Assembly: GCA_051942245.1 (NCBI GenBank)
Contig: JAVECL010000022.1
Span: 62,001 to 97,587, forward strand
DNA from: Trypethelium eluteriae
Taxonomy: Eukaryota
Reading direction: 5' to 3'
DNA length: 35,587 bases
Positions 35,003-35,587 of the stretch are shown in pieces. Both the position numbers and the translations under genes were made by a program. The notes under the pieces are model-generated. The model ran no database searches and was not told the DNA's origin. It saw nothing but the letters and a program-made list of their open reading frames with translations. The stretch's first letter is position 1; the number at the start of each line of letters is the position of its first letter.

Positions 35003-35587
35003 GATGAAAAGGCCATACAGAGGACGTATAGAACCAACAAAAAAAAGGACTTCTCATGTATTGTAGAGTTAGTGGCAGCCTCTCACCAATCCAGACACGA
35101 CACACGCGGCCGCACCGAGAACTTGTGGAGAACAACGGGCTGAACTTGTTCTGTCCATTTAATCAAGCAACCAAAAATTCCTGGAAGAAGGGAAATAAAA
35201 AAAGACTCGCCCGGCAGGATACGGTCGCTTTACGCTCAGCAAAATCCATGCGGGCAATACTCAATTGGTTGATTCGGAACGCTGGTTTCTTCATTGATAC
35301 ATGGATCTGAGGGTTTGGTAAGGGTGCTGCGTCAGCGCCTCCGCCCGAGCCCGAGGGGCGACATTTTACATTTGCTCCGCATTCATCACAGCGAGACCTC
35401 AGTATTCCTTGGGAATAAATAGAAAGGATAGAGCCCGTAAGTAATTCCATTGTGATCGCAGCTATCAATCCATCTTCATCCACCATAAGGAATTTCTGAC
35501 CTCACTCGCAATTCATACCTTATCTGGAGACAATTTGCTCCTCTACTCCATACTCTACTCAACACCCCACCATGCGCGCCCTCCAAC

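Noticed and set aside
35163..35486. 107-aa minus-strand ORF at the right edge
   Set aside because: No recognisable motif. It may be the tail of a gene outside the window but cannot be supported here.

Overview
Eukaryotic, intron-rich DNA from a filamentous ascomycete (short GT..CTRAY..YAG introns; the protein style suggests Eurotiomycetes, possibly Chaetothyriales-like, which is inference). The left half (1-~17 kb) is a housekeeping block: a Grainyhead/CP2 transcription factor (runs off the left end), a hypothetical coiled-coil protein, ribosomal protein eL29 (four small exons, not recovered as one ORF by the track), the Spt10 acetyltransferase, Tsr3, a GGA adaptor and a zinc metallopeptidase with a jacalin-like domain. 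The middle holds a co-oriented SDR / Baeyer-Villiger-type flavin monooxygenase / aquaporin trio. The right third looks accessory: a NACHT-ankyrin-ZZ NLR-like gene with an in-frame TGA, further orphan genes with single in-frame stops, and a minisatellite. The standout is an elongator tRNA-Met(CAT) gene (minus strand, 29454-29613) with TWO introns. One is a canonical 34-nt tRNA intron at 37/38. The other is a 52-nt insert in the anticodon stem (30/31) with all the hallmarks of a U2 spliceosomal intron (GTACGC...GCTGAC...TTTAG); removing it exactly restores the anticodon arm. All exon boundaries were read by eye and are unverified by transcripts.
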